Shown here: one piece after another, positions 1 to 13,739 of the stretch | Numbering within the stretch: position 1 is the first letter of the stretch | Layout: each line of letters begins with the position of its first letter | DNA from: Raillietiella orientalis | Taxonomy: Eukaryota | NCBI GenBank assembly: GCA_036172245.1 | Contig: JAYWIR010000039.1 | Coordinates: forward strand, 434,001-498,000 | Direction of reading: 5' to 3' | Length of the DNA: 64,000 nucleotides | The notes under the pieces: model-generated | Told to the model about the DNA's origin: nothing | What the model saw: only the letters and a program-made list of their open reading frames with translations | Database searches by the model: none | Program-made: the position numbers and the translations under genes

Positions 1-1156
1 CGCTTACCGGGGATCCGATCAAAGAAGTGTTCTGAGATTCTTCAACTCTTCCTTGTTTTTCAACAAACTCCTTCTTGATCCGCACGGGGTTTGCCAGCAG
101 CGACACAGAATGTCGGCTTGGTGTAAGGAAAGCGCCAACAAAACACGAGTTGCGACGGAAAGTCACTGACCCGGAGAACGGGCAGAACAATAAAAGTGGG
201 ATCGAGGAAACGATTAAAACCGGCACACAATGCACGGAGCGCGTAAAAGTCGGGATACGTCTTTCATTAATGTCAAGGTTCTCGGACACCTGGATGGTAT
301 CGAGGAGGACCATCAAGAAGGCCCCAGAAACCTCCCGCCATGTTTCCACTCCCGTCAGAAGAGGGAACCTATTCCGCACTTTTTCTTGAATCCCCGATTT
401 CATGCCTTCGAGTTACCATGGCTTCGGAAGCAACTTCCACGGAACTGGCTTCAAGGAAGGCTGCGATCCTGAGAGCTCGGATGGTCGCCTTAGCGGCGGA
501 CCTACGCCCGCAAGCTGAGAGTGCGTTTCGACAAGATTAGGAAGGTAACATAACTCTTCCCAGGAAGCAGCTCTTGATCAGGTGGCATTCGGGGACGCCG
601 ATTACTCCATTTGCAAACGAGTCTTTTGACCAACGGAAAAGAAAAAAAAAAACGCCCTGTTATCTTGCGGAATTCGTCCTGCAGAGCAGCACGAGAACAT
701 ACTCCGATGCTGCAGATAAAGCATCCCCGAATGCATCCGACGCTTGTATAGCTTCTCCGGTGGGGAGAGAGGATATCCAAAGCAAAACTCTATTTTAGTC
801 CTTATTTGCTCATTAGCTATTTGGACAGATTACAGCGAGGAAAAGTCCATCCATTAAGCGGAGAAAAACTTTCGTGGAGCGCGGCTCCTGACCAAATATT
901 TACCTGTCACTTGGGGAGTAGGAAGACAGTGCTTTTAAGGGGTGTTTTCATTAGGGAGAGCGGCAGCTACAGAAAATCACCAAATGTGGAGGATGCTTCA
1001 GCTGCCATTAGGAATCCGTTACGCTTTCCTCTCTTCAATCAAAGAGCAGAATTCACAAAAACTTCACAGTCCAACCATTCATTCAGCCTCGCCAGCAGTT
1101 TCCATATGCAGCAGACCCCCCGCATAACTGGGGGAGAATAGCGCGACAGGAAAAAT

Positions 1157-1516
1157 GGAGACGGCCCTCGTATAACGCGGTAAATCAGCTCCGCGCGACG
1201 CCGTGGACGAATTTCAATTTTCATTTTGTGGTGCGGCCGCAGCCACGGACAGTACGGCTGCTGCCAAAAACATGGCGCCAACGCGTCCTTTAGGGAGGTC
1301 GGAAATACCCTTTCGCTTAAACTTCCGTGGATGGAACAGCGCAGCAAGAAGATCCATTTTCCAACAACCAGGACGATGGAGCTGAAATCGCGTCCGTGGG
1401 TTCCACACGAAGGAAACTCCGAGAGCTCTCTTTTACTTTCTTTAGTTCCGTGATACACGAAAGTTTTCCGTTTTTTTTTTTTTTTTCCAACTTTAAAGTG
1501 AAATCTTCCAGCTACT
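1157..1516. repeat. Interspersed repeat, copy 1 (inverted relative to the copy at 59488-59831)
   Basis: The reverse complement aligns in blocks to 59488-59831, e.g. GCTGATTTACCGCGTTATACGA and ATTTCACTTTAAAGT are identical. Hand counts give ~49/59 and ~56/61 matches in two core blocks. Confidence 0.85.
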
Positions 1517-4500
1517 GTTGCAACGTTTAAGGTGACTTTTTGATCTTCCGGAAGTGCTTTCGTGTTGTGCAACCCACAGGGTTCGCATCCCCTGCCTCGG
1601 TCCCCTACGGCACCTTCGTATAAGGAAAGCCTAGATTGGTGCACATCAGGTGTGTATTGAGACATCGAATCGAAGATGGCCCCAGTTTCTACGCGTGCTT
1701 TTCGACACGTCCCAACAACCACCATTCTTCCGCGGGATGGTTTGTGTTCCTGCGCCTCCGGGTGCTTGGCCGCTGTGATGTAAGATGCAAGCCGAGGCTG
1801 CTGGGTGTCGAGCCAGCTGTACGGCTGCAGAGCTGTGCCCAAAACTGCAGGATGCGATGATGCGCCACCTAACTAAGCACGGGAACCACAGTGATGGGGA
1901 TCTTGAAACTGCTGTAACGCATCGTGAGGGGTCCACTGTAATTTTTATACATGTGTGAGTCATTTTTTGGCCTTACTCTGTTATTTGTTCACTTTTATTG
2001 GATGAGGTCGCCGTTACACAGAAAGTTCTCTTTTCCGAGAGGACTGTCGCAAGACTCTTCAGCACGCTGGAGACAGTCCGAAAGAGGAATCTCAACCTCT
2101 CGAGGTGCACTTGATCGACGTCTTGGTTGCCGATCGAGCACTTTACAAAGGAACTCCTGGCGCAGCTCAAATGCAAATTGGGTTCTCGGCTTGCGATCCT
2201 CTGGGTCAACCGGCACCCTCCGAGAACTTTCAGGCGACGCCGAAAAGACGGTATCTGCTGATTCGCCGCAGAATCGCAGACATCACTCTGTGCCTGCAGC
2301 CTCGATTCCGGGTGGCGGAAAGATGACCGCTAACCGTTCACCTCTGCGCATCGCCAATGGCGCAAAAGCATGCAGCCCGTTTCAGGCAGGGCTAACCTCG
2401 GAACGGAGGGAAACACGAGAGCGGTAGTGTTGCGGTGCCAGGTCACAGCGTACAGCGTGGAGGTCCTGTTTACGTCATCGGATCTCCGAAACGGAAATCC
2501 ATTGGTAACCAGGACAGATCGGATCATACTGAAGAATTCTTGAGGAACGGACGCACGGATCCTTCCCAAGTGTCTTTTTTTCCCCTCCCCCCTCTCTCAG
2601 CGAAGTGATCTACGAGAAATAAGTCAACGACGATGTGACTCGTCCACATCAAGGCGTCTTCATTTCGAAGATAAATGAAAGGTAATCACGAAGAAATCAG
2701 GACAGTCCTGCAGGCCTCCCACTTCCCACTGCAGGATTTCGACGTTGTTCCGCCGACATGGAAGCATTGAAGCGCGCATTTTTGGAAGGGATGAACGTGT
2801 CACACATAGCCAGGATTTCCATTTCGAAACGTCGATTGATGGGAACCGGGAGACTGCATCCCGGTTTCTCAAGAATCCCAGCTTGAAGGGAAACGCATAA
2901 AGTCTCGGACTTGCGAACTGGAGAATGAGTCTCTGGACGAGATGATGTGAAGAGCGTTCACTGCAAAAGGGATCATGAAAGGATTTGACCCTTGGAAGAT
3001 TTGTTCGTTTTTTTCTTCTTTTTCCTCTCTCTTCACGGTTGGGCCATGTAATCTGCGCTCAGTCAGGAGTGGTTGCTTCTGCCCAAAGACCTTTCATTTG
3101 TCTAAGAACGGAAGATACGCGCGGACACTTCCGACAACCGGTAATAGCCCGGTTCATTAAGGAAGACGTAGTTTTTCGATAGTGCTGCGTATTTCTGGAA
3201 CCTCAAGGTTATCGATTTCTTTCCGTTTGGCAAACTGAACAACAACAACCTGTGGCGATTGGTGGCACGGGAAGCGCCATCATTCACCCAAGGTGAGAAG
3301 CTGTGACAAATGGAAGGAAACCTCCGCTGCTGCTTTCCCTTCCGGTGCTCGTCCTTCTCACAATCCGAGCCTGCCATCCAGAAGTTTCCGGCGACGCCTG
3401 TCCTTCCACCTGATAAATTCTCCAGAATCGGAAAATCCGAGCCCAGATTTCCCGGTGCCACTCCCTGTCGGCGCTCCGACCCTCTGTTTGGAGTTTTTCA
3501 AGTTACCGTGCGTTTCCGTCTTGGGGTGCTCACCGTCCATTTCTTCTTCTTTGCTCGCTCGTTCCCGATTCCAAAGGCCAAAGTTCACCGATGATCGCAC
3601 TGACCAGCTGTCCATCGTCTACAGTGTACTCCATACGCACCCAAAAAAGGAAAAGAAATCGCATTGTATTGTAGAATAACTATTGGGAAAGCAAAAGCGG
3701 AGAGTCGCTGAAACGAATAAAATCAACAGCGCCCAAGGAAGGGTGAGGAAGCGAGTAAAACTTACCGTAAAAGAATTTGCATGAGCGGAAATTAATTACC
3801 CGGAGTTGAAGATCAATCGCGTTAGAAATGATTTACAGCCTTGGATCGCTCCAAGCTGTTCACGTGCTCAATCCTGGAGCGAATAGTGATTAATCTTGTT
3901 TTGGAAGAGCAGTTCTGCAACTGTTAAAGATGAAAACTGTAACAAGAACGATTAAAGAAAAAAATAAATAAATAAATTTTCCTTCCATTTTTACGGGCTA
4001 CTTGGTGGTAGCATCCAGCCGTCTGTCCGCCGATGATCTGCCGGTTCCAAATGGATATCTTCTTGGACGTGATGAAAGATGAAGGAAGTTATGTGGACGC
4101 GCAGAGTCTTGTCAGCTGGAGTGTTGATTTGTTCTCTGCGTACTTTGCAAGAGAACAAGGGAAGCAGCCGAGTGTTAACCCTTCCCTTGCTTGGCAGGAG
4201 AGTTGCTGTTGTGTGCTTCCAAAGAACAAACACGCGTACAACCCTTTTTGGATGTTGAGCGATTTTCACGTGCAGCATGCTGAAAAGCGAGGAAGCGAAC
4301 TCAATTTCGCTGGAGGACGGTGTTTTGGTGGATAACTTCGGAAATTCACTTTTCTCTTCCGGCGCACTAGGCTGGAAGTTGTTGCCATGTTGAAGGCCAG
4401 AAGTTTTCCCCCGGAATTCCGAAAGGTCACACGGCAAGGAAATTTAGTTCCAGGGTTGCCGCAACATGAGAACCGGGTGTGAAACGCAGATGCATAGGTC

Positions 4501-6786
4501 CATTCAACGGCGCTGAGGCAGATTTCCACGGTGGACGCGCAACTTTCGAGCGCCCAGAAACTTCCATTTGATGGATGGTCAAGGCTGCTGCTGCTATATT
4601 GCAGCTCTGAAAGTGTTCCTTCGCAAAAAGCTACAGCGGTCCTGCCTGACATTGAAAAAAAAAAAAAAAGCAACAACAACCGTAACACCCCTTAAAATGT
4701 ATTGCGTGTAGGTAGCTTTGCTAAAGTAACGAATCGTTCTGGGAAAATGCCTGGCAGTAGTTGAAACTGAGAAAAATTAATCGCAAGACAAAGAGGAAGT
4801 CTGAGGCAGGAAAAACGGAGTTCTTGATTGCATTTTCGCTGGCGGTCGGGAAAAAAAAAAAAAAATCCAAGCAGAATGGGACGAAATCAAAAAGCTGGGG
4901 CTGAAGATCGGTATCGAAAACCCTTTGAGTTCATTTGACTAAAGCTGCATCGCAAGATGCAACAGGAAAGATCACGGGCTATGAAGGACACTGCCGGTTT
5001 GCATGAGGGACGAAAACGCTGTCGATGTGGCAGAAGGAAATCTCCTGGTGCGAAAGAATCGGCTGATGGCGAATAATGGAAAGGTGCTCAGTGGCAGGGA
5101 AAAAAACTTATAGGTAGGAAGGACTGAACCAGGATAAGGATCATTGGAACTGTAGGTAAGCTTTGGGAGAAGGAGACACCATGCTTTCATTTGCAACATA
5201 CCAAGAGTGCGGTGCTGAGACTTGGTTATCGAAAGAGATGAATCACTGCAAGCCAAGTTACATCTTCAAGAGTTAAGGTTTTCATAGACAGGACATGGAT
5301 GGAATGGGGTGCCATGCTTTCTTGGAGAACAGGGGAATCTACTTTCTGGTGTTCTTGAAGCGCTTGTTGAGGTCCAAACAAATTGAAGGCGGACGCAGCG
5401 CCATCTCAAGTTGAATCTCCACACTATCAAGGAACGAAAGGAGATGTCACCGCTCCTTGAGAGGACCTTTCTTCTGCATGGTGACTGTCCTCATGATGAA
5501 GTGCCTTCCACGGGATTCACAGTAATTTTCGTTCGAGATAACGAAAAAGTAAGATAAGTTGCTGAAGAAGTCATTCGGCGAGATGTGTACGTGTGAGGCG
5601 CTGAAAACTGCAGGGTGAGGATTGTGGCCTCTACTGATTACGCAGATGCTTCAGATCGTCCTTAGCAATAAGGGGGGAAACCCGTCAGGGTAACTGATTT
5701 AGGTCCAGACTGCGAACGAATACGTCCGTTGTCCCGCACGAGCCTTTACGATGAATCCGTTATCGAGGGGCTCATTTGCGACCAGAAAACCGAATAAAAT
5801 AAAATAAATTCTAAAGTGATCGATTGCAGCTTGAAATGGTTGTTGGTTGATTTTCTTCCGAAAAATCAGCTTTCGAACGGAATGCAAGCTCTCATCTGAC
5901 ACCTCCTCTGCCCTTTTATTAAAGTGGTGCATGCGTTCATGCCTATCCTGTATCTGTTACCTGGCAATTATCTTGAAAAAGAAAGAAAGAAAGAAATCAT
6001 CTTCAAGCCATCTGACAGTTTAACGAAACTGACGTGGGAACATCTGTGAAGAGGCGGTCGTGATTCCCGCGACTTTGTTCCACCGTTTCGTCGCCGCGTT
6101 TCGGGAGCGAATGTCTCGCAGCCTGGATCCACGCAGGGAGGGCAGCCCTTCCGCGTCCCGAATGCCTCAGACGCCCAAGGCGGCAAGCCGTCTTCCAGAT
6201 AACCCCATTGGGGGGAGGGGGAAGTGAAAGGCGCCTCCGACGCCGAGCAGGAGACGAGAAGTGAATTTCAGCCTCCTCCTCCTCCCCACACCTACTGCTC
6301 TTCGTCTCGTGGAGAGGCGGTGCCAGCGGGCGCGCGAGATAGCGAGTGTTCTCTCTAGCCTCGCTTCCCGCTTCTTCGGGCTCACGGGAAGTGACCTCAC
6401 GGGGTTCCGGGACCACGGAGCCCCACCGGCCCTCGAGTCGCACTCGTCCGCTTCCGCAGGGACCCCAGCGCCGTTGCTAAGCGCGCCCTTATTTTCATAT
6501 GCTTCCTCCCCCCTTCCCCAGCTTCCCACAGATCGTGTGATTTCGCGTAATTCATCTGCCACCATCTGAATCACACCGGATGCTGCCAAGTATTTTAAGC
6601 GGGGAGGCTGAAAGCGGAAAACGAAAGAACGAAAAAAAAAAAAAAAAACGGGATTCGGGAAATGGAAGAATTCTGTTCCCGATTCCTCCTCCCATTTCCT
6701 TGGAAAATGGATGCACCTTTCCCGCTTCGTGTCCCCGTGAGGATTCCCTCCTAATTATCTAATCTCTTCCGGGAGCCGCTTGGTGT

Positions 6787-7369
6787 GCGCTCGGCCCCAG
6801 TTGAGCTGGGGGAGAACCTGCGTCCGCTGACAGCTTAAAATCCGTGACGACCTCGGGGTTCACCCCGTCCTTCCAGTCGGAGCCCGGCGTCGCGCTGGCC
6901 TCTTGGTTTATCACCTGGTCACGCCGGGACGTTTGTTGTAAAAAATAAACATAATTGTGTCGGATCATCGGCCCAACACCGTCCGAAAATGCTCAGTAAC
7001 TGGCCCGCAGGCCAGCGAGGTTCGCCTCAGCAGCGGAGGGTGGGGAGGGGACAAACAAAAATAAAAGTAAAGCAAAAAAATATATACAAAAAATTGGGAG
7101 AGGTCAGGAAGGGATCACTGTTCACGGGAGGGCGTCCTCTGCATCCTTTCCAGGATGCCGGCAAGCTCCATCCGAGTATGCCCCAGGTGGGACCATCTAA
7201 CTGCCGTCCGCCAGGAAGCGTAGGGCGAAGCAAATGGCGTCCCTATCGCGCCGTCCTCCTCTCTCATAGCTCCAGGCCGCCACAATCCCGCAAAGGGCTG
7301 CTGGGGATGCGGCGCTCGGCCCCAGTTGAGCCGGGGAAGAACCTGCGTCCGCTGATACCTTAAAATCCG
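6787..7369. repeat. Diverged ~58-bp direct repeat (6787-6844 and 7312-7369) within LINE-derived sequence
   Basis: GCGCTCGGCCCCAGTTGAGC..GG..AGAACCTGCGTCCGCTGA...CTTAAAATCCG occurs twice. Confidence 0.85.
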
Positions 7370-7880
7370 CGTTAAAATTTGACTGCAAATTCGGGTCCAC
7401 AGCCCCCCGGGTCCAGTGAGACCGTTGGGCTTTGCACAGGAGGCCCCAGTGCAACAGCAGAAGTGCCGACTGCTGACACTTCAGGGGGAGGACCCGGATG
7501 TTCTTCAGCTCTGAGGGCCACTCGAGGTCTTCCTGGGGGGGGTACTTCGGGAGAGCTGGCCCGTGGTCCAACCACCTAGTTCCCACGTCTTCTGACAGAT
7601 TTCGCAGCTGACCTCCCATTTAGCCGGCTGGTTACTGCCCAGGTGCTCCCTGAGGGATGGCAATGCCGTGGCTAGGGAGGTTGTTTGCGCTCCCCACGTA
7701 CACGTGGTGGGCTGCACGATGACGTCCTGCAGAGAGCGGTTGTTGTAAAAGGAGTGCAGCAGTCGCTGTCGCTTCTCCGGGGTCGTTTCGTTGTTCTTTG
7801 TCCATGTGCGAACGGTTCCCTGCAGCCAGGCACTACCGTTCGCAGGCCAACAGAAGATCCAGTTGTTGGTCCTGATCAAC
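7050..7880 (-). mobile_element. Decayed L1/Tx1-like LINE, ORF2 C-terminus and T-rich 3' region
   Basis: Cys-motif remnant (EVSCEICQK) and terminal peptide ELAGILERMQR shared with copies at ~26.9 kb and ~41.3 kb, followed by a T-rich tract. Confidence 0.65.
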
Positions 7881-8860
7881 CTACCCCCGCCGGAGCTCCA
7901 GCCCGCAGCGGAACACGTTGCGTCTGCGCCGCCGCGCCAGGAACGAAGGCAGTCCCTCGTAGCCAGTGGCTCGCTTGACCAGGTATCTTGCGGGCTCGCA
8001 CCAGTTTGCCTCTTGGCTTGCCTTCAGACTCAGTTTCGCGTTTCCGCAGCAAACAGATCCGAAGAACGAGCGCACGAACACTTTTCGCCCGGCTACGCGT
8101 GGCGTGCGCGCGCGCAGCGACCTCCGGACGACCATCCGAGGGCGGCGCGGTCCGAAGAAACCGCTGGCCTCGCCCGCGAGCAAATCTTGGATCCCTTCTC
8201 CGGATCCTCTGCCGTTGCCATGAGACGGGGAATTGTGGCAGATTCTCTCTCTGCATTCTCTGGAGGCCTCGTTCCTCTGCAGCCTCTTCAGTCCTTCCCG
8301 GCTTCGATCCCCCCCCCCCTCCCGAAGGCCTCCGAGGGAATCTGCTGACCTCGACATGAGGTCGTACGCCGGCCGTCCCCATGCGAACAGCGCGGACTTG
8401 GGCGTCGCCCCAAGCCGCGTTCTATAGGGTTTTTCGTCAAGGAAAATTCGAGAAGGGACGGAAGCTCTCCCGCTTCGTCCCGTGCGAACCCGGGGTGAGT
8501 CCCTTTGGAAGCTGGGACCGTCCCCTGCAACTCAAAAACCCCTGCCCCTTTTCCTCCCCGATGCTCCCCCGTCGAGTTCCATTTTCCTGTCCGCGGACCT
8601 CTCCCCTCCAGCAGCTCCGCATCGTGGCATCCCGGCGTCGCCCGCCTTCTCGGGCATCTTGCTGCTCTCCCTAGCCCATTTCCCAATTTTTCTTCACCTC
8701 GTTTCCCGCTGCCGAGTTGCCTCCGAGTTCCGCAAACGATCTATTTGTCAGCATCTTTCTCTTCTCCCGGAAAAACACCGGAAAACGGCAGCGACAAACT
8801 GCAAAGATCGGGGTTGCTTTCATTAATTTATAGGGCCCGAAGGGGAAGACAAAAAAAATA

Positions 8861-8918
8861 CGCGCGCGCGCGTACTCACACACACACATACACACACTGT
8901 ACATATACACATCACACA
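8861..8918. repeat. (CG)n/(CA)n compound microsatellite
   Basis: cgcgcgcgcgcgtactcacacacacacatacacacac... seen directly. Confidence 0.9.
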
Positions 8919-10869
8919 ATCCCGGGAGAACCCGCTTCTTGAAATTTTTGTTCTGTTTTTCTTCCGTGATTGGGAAGCGCTAGTAGGTGGATAGTCGGCC
9001 GTTCCCCGCGCGCGTTCCTCGGAGCGGCGCATCGTTCACTGCGGGTGACATCACGCTGCACGGCGGCGCTGGGAGCACCACGAACGCCTCCCCCCCGCCC
9101 GGGAGCGCGCTTCGAACTTTCCCTCCGCCCGGGCACGGAAGAACGCACTTCCTTCACGTCCCGGAAGCGGATCCCGTCAGCCAGGCGGGCCGCTCCGCCT
9201 CCCCGCTCGCCTACCGCCCTCCTTGCCGGAGGGGGAGAGATAAACAGGCACTTTCTCTTCATCCCTCCTCCGCCGCCTGCCACGCGGAAGGCACTCGCGG
9301 GGCGGCGGCTGGCTGGGTCGTAGCACGAGCTCCCTTCCTCCCCCTCCCCCTCGCCTTCCTCCCTCGTCTCTCGTTCGATGGATCCTTCCTCGCGGTTCGT
9401 GGGCGGATCCGCTGCCCTTTCGTCCCTTCCCCCTCCCTCCACCCCATTTTTTTTTCCCTCTCCCGCCTTCCGCTCCCGTGTCGCCTCTTCCAACGAAAGG
9501 CGGCCCCGCAGGCGCCGGAAACCTCGCGCGTTTCCTCGCCGGCACCTGGGACCGTTCCGGAGTCGCCGCCCCACCTGCCCGCGAGGACACCACGAGGACG
9601 CCCTTGGGCAGTCGGAACCTCCCGCTCCCGGCGGTCGTAGCACAGCGGAGCCACCTCCCGGGGCCAGACGGAAACGAACCCGCGGTTACTATGCCCCCCA
9701 GACGGGTCGCCGCCTCTTCTGCTAGCGGCGCGCCTCACTGCGCCACTGTCAGGTCCTCGGCATTGCCCCGCCGGGAGCTCCTACCGCTCCCTTCGGCGGC
9801 GCGGAACGCTCTGGGGGAGACCCCAAAGCGGCCGATGTGCTCGCCGGTGGCGTCCTTGTAGGTGCGTCCGGCACCTGCCACTGGTCAGGGGTGGATGGAG
9901 GGGGAGTGTCTTTGCCCTGGAGCCGCTCGTTCCAGGGAGCTTGCCTCGTGGCGGCAGTCACGTGACCCCCCGTGCTCATGGATGCGAAGGAAAGGGGGAG
10001 GAAGAGAGGGGGAGGGACAGACGCCGGTCGCACGCCTGCCGACTGCAAATGGAGTCCCGGGAAGGGTCCCTGGTGTCCCTCATTCGGGAGCAGCCGCTTG
10101 CGACAAATGGCCGCGGCGAAGGGCGCACAGCTGCTTCCCGCACAGTTGGTCCTCCAGTCCTGGATCGTGACCCCGCATGGGAGCGCGGCATCTCGCTCCC
10201 CCGACCCGCTCATGAGAAGGGAGCAAGGTGGGGCCAGGCACGAAATCACTCCGGGGAGAGCGGGGCGCCGCCGCGCGAGCTGGAGAAGGGCGACGGGGGT
10301 GGGAGCGACGAAAAGGGGAGGAAAATCTTCCGTCCCCTTCTCGTTCGTCTCTCACGCGAGGGTGCCGTGCCGGCCAGAACGCACGTGCACTTGGCGCGGA
10401 AGACCAGAGAAGGGAAGCCTGGAAGCGGTGCCGCCTCTCTGAGACGAGGATCCCCCCAAAGACGTGGCGGGGAGCGGGCAAGGCCGTGATCCTTCCGCCT
10501 TGCACGGAGATGCAGCGCTTTTGGGATTCACCGGAGTCTGGACCGCTGGCACGGCCTCCCGTGCCGGAGTCCATCGCGACTCTCCGGAGATCCGAGGCGC
10601 TCCCGGAAGACGAGGGGGAGGGGGAGGCGACACGGCGCGAGGCCACCAGCCCCCGCGGGCCGCCCCGAGAGAGAGAGGAATGCCAGTCCATCGACCGCAC
10701 GCGGAAGACAAGGTGCCAGCGGAGGTCGTCGCAGGGGTGGTCTGTTCTTCGAGTCTCCTCCAGGCGAGCGCGCCGGGGACGTTGGTCGGCCACGCTTTCG
10801 GGATGCCGACGGTTTTCCTGCCGACCCGCGAGGGTTCTTGGGGGGCTCGGAAGCTGTGCGATCGATCAT

Positions 10870-11340
10870 GCGAGCTCGGAAGCGTCAGGGGTCAGCAAGG
10901 ATGGTCTACCAGGAGGGAGACACCCCGCGGCGTTCTCTAGGGAGACGAGAGCAGAAGGAAGTCTTTGGCTCGAGGAAGGACCTTCCAGGGAAACGCCAGG
11001 TGCTCCACCCAGTACAAGGTGCGCAGGCGCGGATGCGGATAACGCAGCTGTCGAGGAAAGCGTTCCAGAATGGGTGAAGTCGATCTTTGCGTCAAACGAA
11101 CCCACTGCATGGCTCCCCTCCAGGGTCAGCTGGCTCAGTGTAGTCAAAGTAGGGAGGAAGATCTCTTCAAGGCCAAACCTCACAAAGCACGTCCTCCGCT
11201 CATTTGTCGCGGGGTGGACACGGCCCGCACGCCTCTCCGACCATGCGGCATCCTGCCGGACGCCCGCTTCCTTTCTTGGGGCTCGCGGAGCTCCCGCGTT
11301 TTCCGTGCGGAGTGGAACCGCCCACATGCTCGGCATCAAA
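10870..11340 (-). mobile_element. Decayed L1/Tx1-like LINE fragment (post-RT region)
   Basis: LSQLTLEG...ALVSLENAAGCLPPGRP loosely resembles the LSLxGR...VS..lc.P...GG segment that follows the RT core. Confidence 0.35.
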
Positions 11341-12007
11341 AGAGCTCTCCTGGGCTCCTGCCAACCCGCCGATCTTTCCCAACGGACGTCGACCTGTTAG
11401 ATCTCAGATTCTGTTAGACGTTTTCGCGACCTGTTGAGCTCAGGATCGTGAAAGCGGAAAAGACAGAGGGAGGAGGGGAGGGGCTCTCGACGTGACAACG
11501 GGAACGCGCAAGAGCAGCTCCCGCGGCGACGAGCCTCGTCTTCCGCGCTCTGCCAGCTGCGTATCCCGTCAACCGGGAACCATACCCATGCCGCTGGATC
11601 GATGCCCTCTGGTAACCGACGCCGTTTCGTCTGCGAGAAGTCTCGAGGCTCGGAGGGGCAGAGAACCTCTTGCGGATGCGGAATGGGGCGCACTAGGCTG
11701 CCCGCCATGGATCGGGAGGAGACCATCAGCCTGCACTTAACGGGAGAGGTAGAGAGAGTCCTGCGAACCTCTTGCTTCTTCCCGGGGAGCAAGGAATTTC
11801 ATCCCTCGACGGGTAGTGCGGACTCATTCAGACTTGTGGTGTCGCTCAACTCCAACGCAAGTGTACGTAGCTACACTCTCGCCCAAGGGAAAAAAAAAAA
11901 AAAAAATGGAACAACGACGGGACAACTGCGCGTTCGTCTTTCCAGAGGCGAGGCACCTGAAGGACTGCGGGCCGCACGCCTGAACGGACGCCAGTGGAAT
12001 CGGAAAT

Positions 12008-12072
12008 GCCTGCGTTGGCGGCAGCGGTCTTGTGCGCGGAGTCGAGCGTCGTGGGTTCGAATCTCGCCGGGG
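12008..12072 (+). pseudogene. Degenerate tRNA-like sequence (tRNA pseudogene or tRNA-derived SINE head)
   Basis: A-box-like TGGCGGCAGCGGTCT and B-box/T-arm CGTGGGTTCGAATCTCG with tRNA-like spacing. No complete cloverleaf or acceptor stem. Confidence 0.4.
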
Positions 12073-13739
12073 AAATGATCGACGCCGAGAACGGGGGGTG
12101 AGTCGTGGGTTTCGAGTTTCGCAGGATGACTTCTGGAAGTCGGAAATCCCCGGTTGACCCCGTTGACTAGACAGGATCGGAAGTTGACCCTCCGGAGTCC
12201 TTCCAAGAATCAAGGAGCTCTTGGGAGTTCCCCTCCGGTTGTGGAAATGGAGGGGAGGTCAGGGGGCGACCCTCCATCGCGCACGATGGAGCTGGTTGGT
12301 TGACACCACTCCAGAGTGTGAAGAGCACGGTTCACTTCGGAGAGTGCACCCTTCAGAGAAATAGGGAAGCGTCCCTTCGTGGTTACCTTCAGAGGAGGCA
12401 ACCAGGAGCTGACCCTTTCCCAGGGGGTCTCCGGAGAGAATGAGGAAGAGTTTCCCTACCAAGCGTAAGAAGAACAAAATCCTACCTCCGGAACCATCCC
12501 AGATTCATAGGGTAGTCTCCTCCTGATGTATCCCCTAACTCGAAGAGTTACCACACGTACACTGGGGTGGCACAAGCAGCATCAGAGACCTTCATGAGCC
12601 ACCTCCAAGGAAGCGGAAGGTCCTTCAGCACTTGGCGGATCAAAAAGGAAAAAGAAAAAAACTGGAAGGGGAAGCAGTGAAAGCAGAACCCCAAAGGATT
12701 TCCATCATACCAGGCTCATAGCAACGATCTCCTCGTGAGGTCGCTACTGGACTTTAGATTAAAAAGAAAAAAAAATTAAAGACGAAGCAGACATGAAATT
12801 TAAAATAATAATAATAATAGTAGTAATAAAATAAAAGCGCATGCGAAGCTCGCGAGCGGGCCGGTCGAACCAGGGCGCCAGTCTGCGAGGTCTCGAGCCG
12901 CGCACGTTGACTCGCTGCCTCCGCGCCGCGCATTGGGGCTCGAAGGGCGCTAAGGTTCCCCTATCGATCCCCTTGCACATGGCGGGAGGCCGCTGACGTG
13001 CCAAAGCGTGACCAGACCTCAGTTCGTTCCTCCCCTTCCCCCTCCCCCCACGCCAGCGTGACTGTCATTAATTTTCGTCAGCCTCGGATCAAATTGGACC
13101 CAAAGGGGTGCAGCGCGAAGCCAGCTGCGTGGATGGGAGGAGCGCCAGCGGAGGGCCGAGAACGCCCGGCTGCTGCGTCCCGGGGAACGGGCACTTTTCG
13201 TCGGAAGGAGGGGGGGAGGGGCTGTGGCTCGTCCATCTCGTGGCCAGCTCTCTAGGTCTCACCGCACCGGATGCCGAGTGCGAGCGGCGGCAGTCGTCCT
13301 TTCGGAGAGCCCGGGAAGTAGGTAGGTGGGTGGGGGGCTTTTGCTGGAGGGCCAAGGATCGTTAGCTGAGCGTTCCCCGCGTCCTGGACGATGACGACAC
13401 GCTCCTGGCGGTGGCGAAAGCGCGCGACTTTGCGGACGAACCCTCCAGGAGGGGCTCTCTGCGCCCGCCGCCCGCCAGCCTTGGCGCGCCAGCACACTTC
13501 CCCTGCAGGGGACCGGCTCCCCGGGAGACACATCCGGACGCGGTCGGAGGGAATCCCTCGGAACGGTGCTTGGATCGGCCGGATGGATCGGCAAAGAGGG
13601 CACTCGCGAACGTTCCGCTGCGGCGGCTCTTGGAAGCGGCTCGTGGTGCCAGAGGGCAGCCATACCCAAGGTTCCGCCGCGTCCCGTTTCGCGAGGAAAG
13701 CGCATCCCAACAGCTCGCGCCCCCGATATCCCGGCTGCT

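Noticed and set aside
10228..11400. 390-aa ORF on the + strand
   Set aside because: Arg/Gly/Ser/Pro-rich with no domain, and antisense to a probable LINE relic; long open frames are expected at this GC content.
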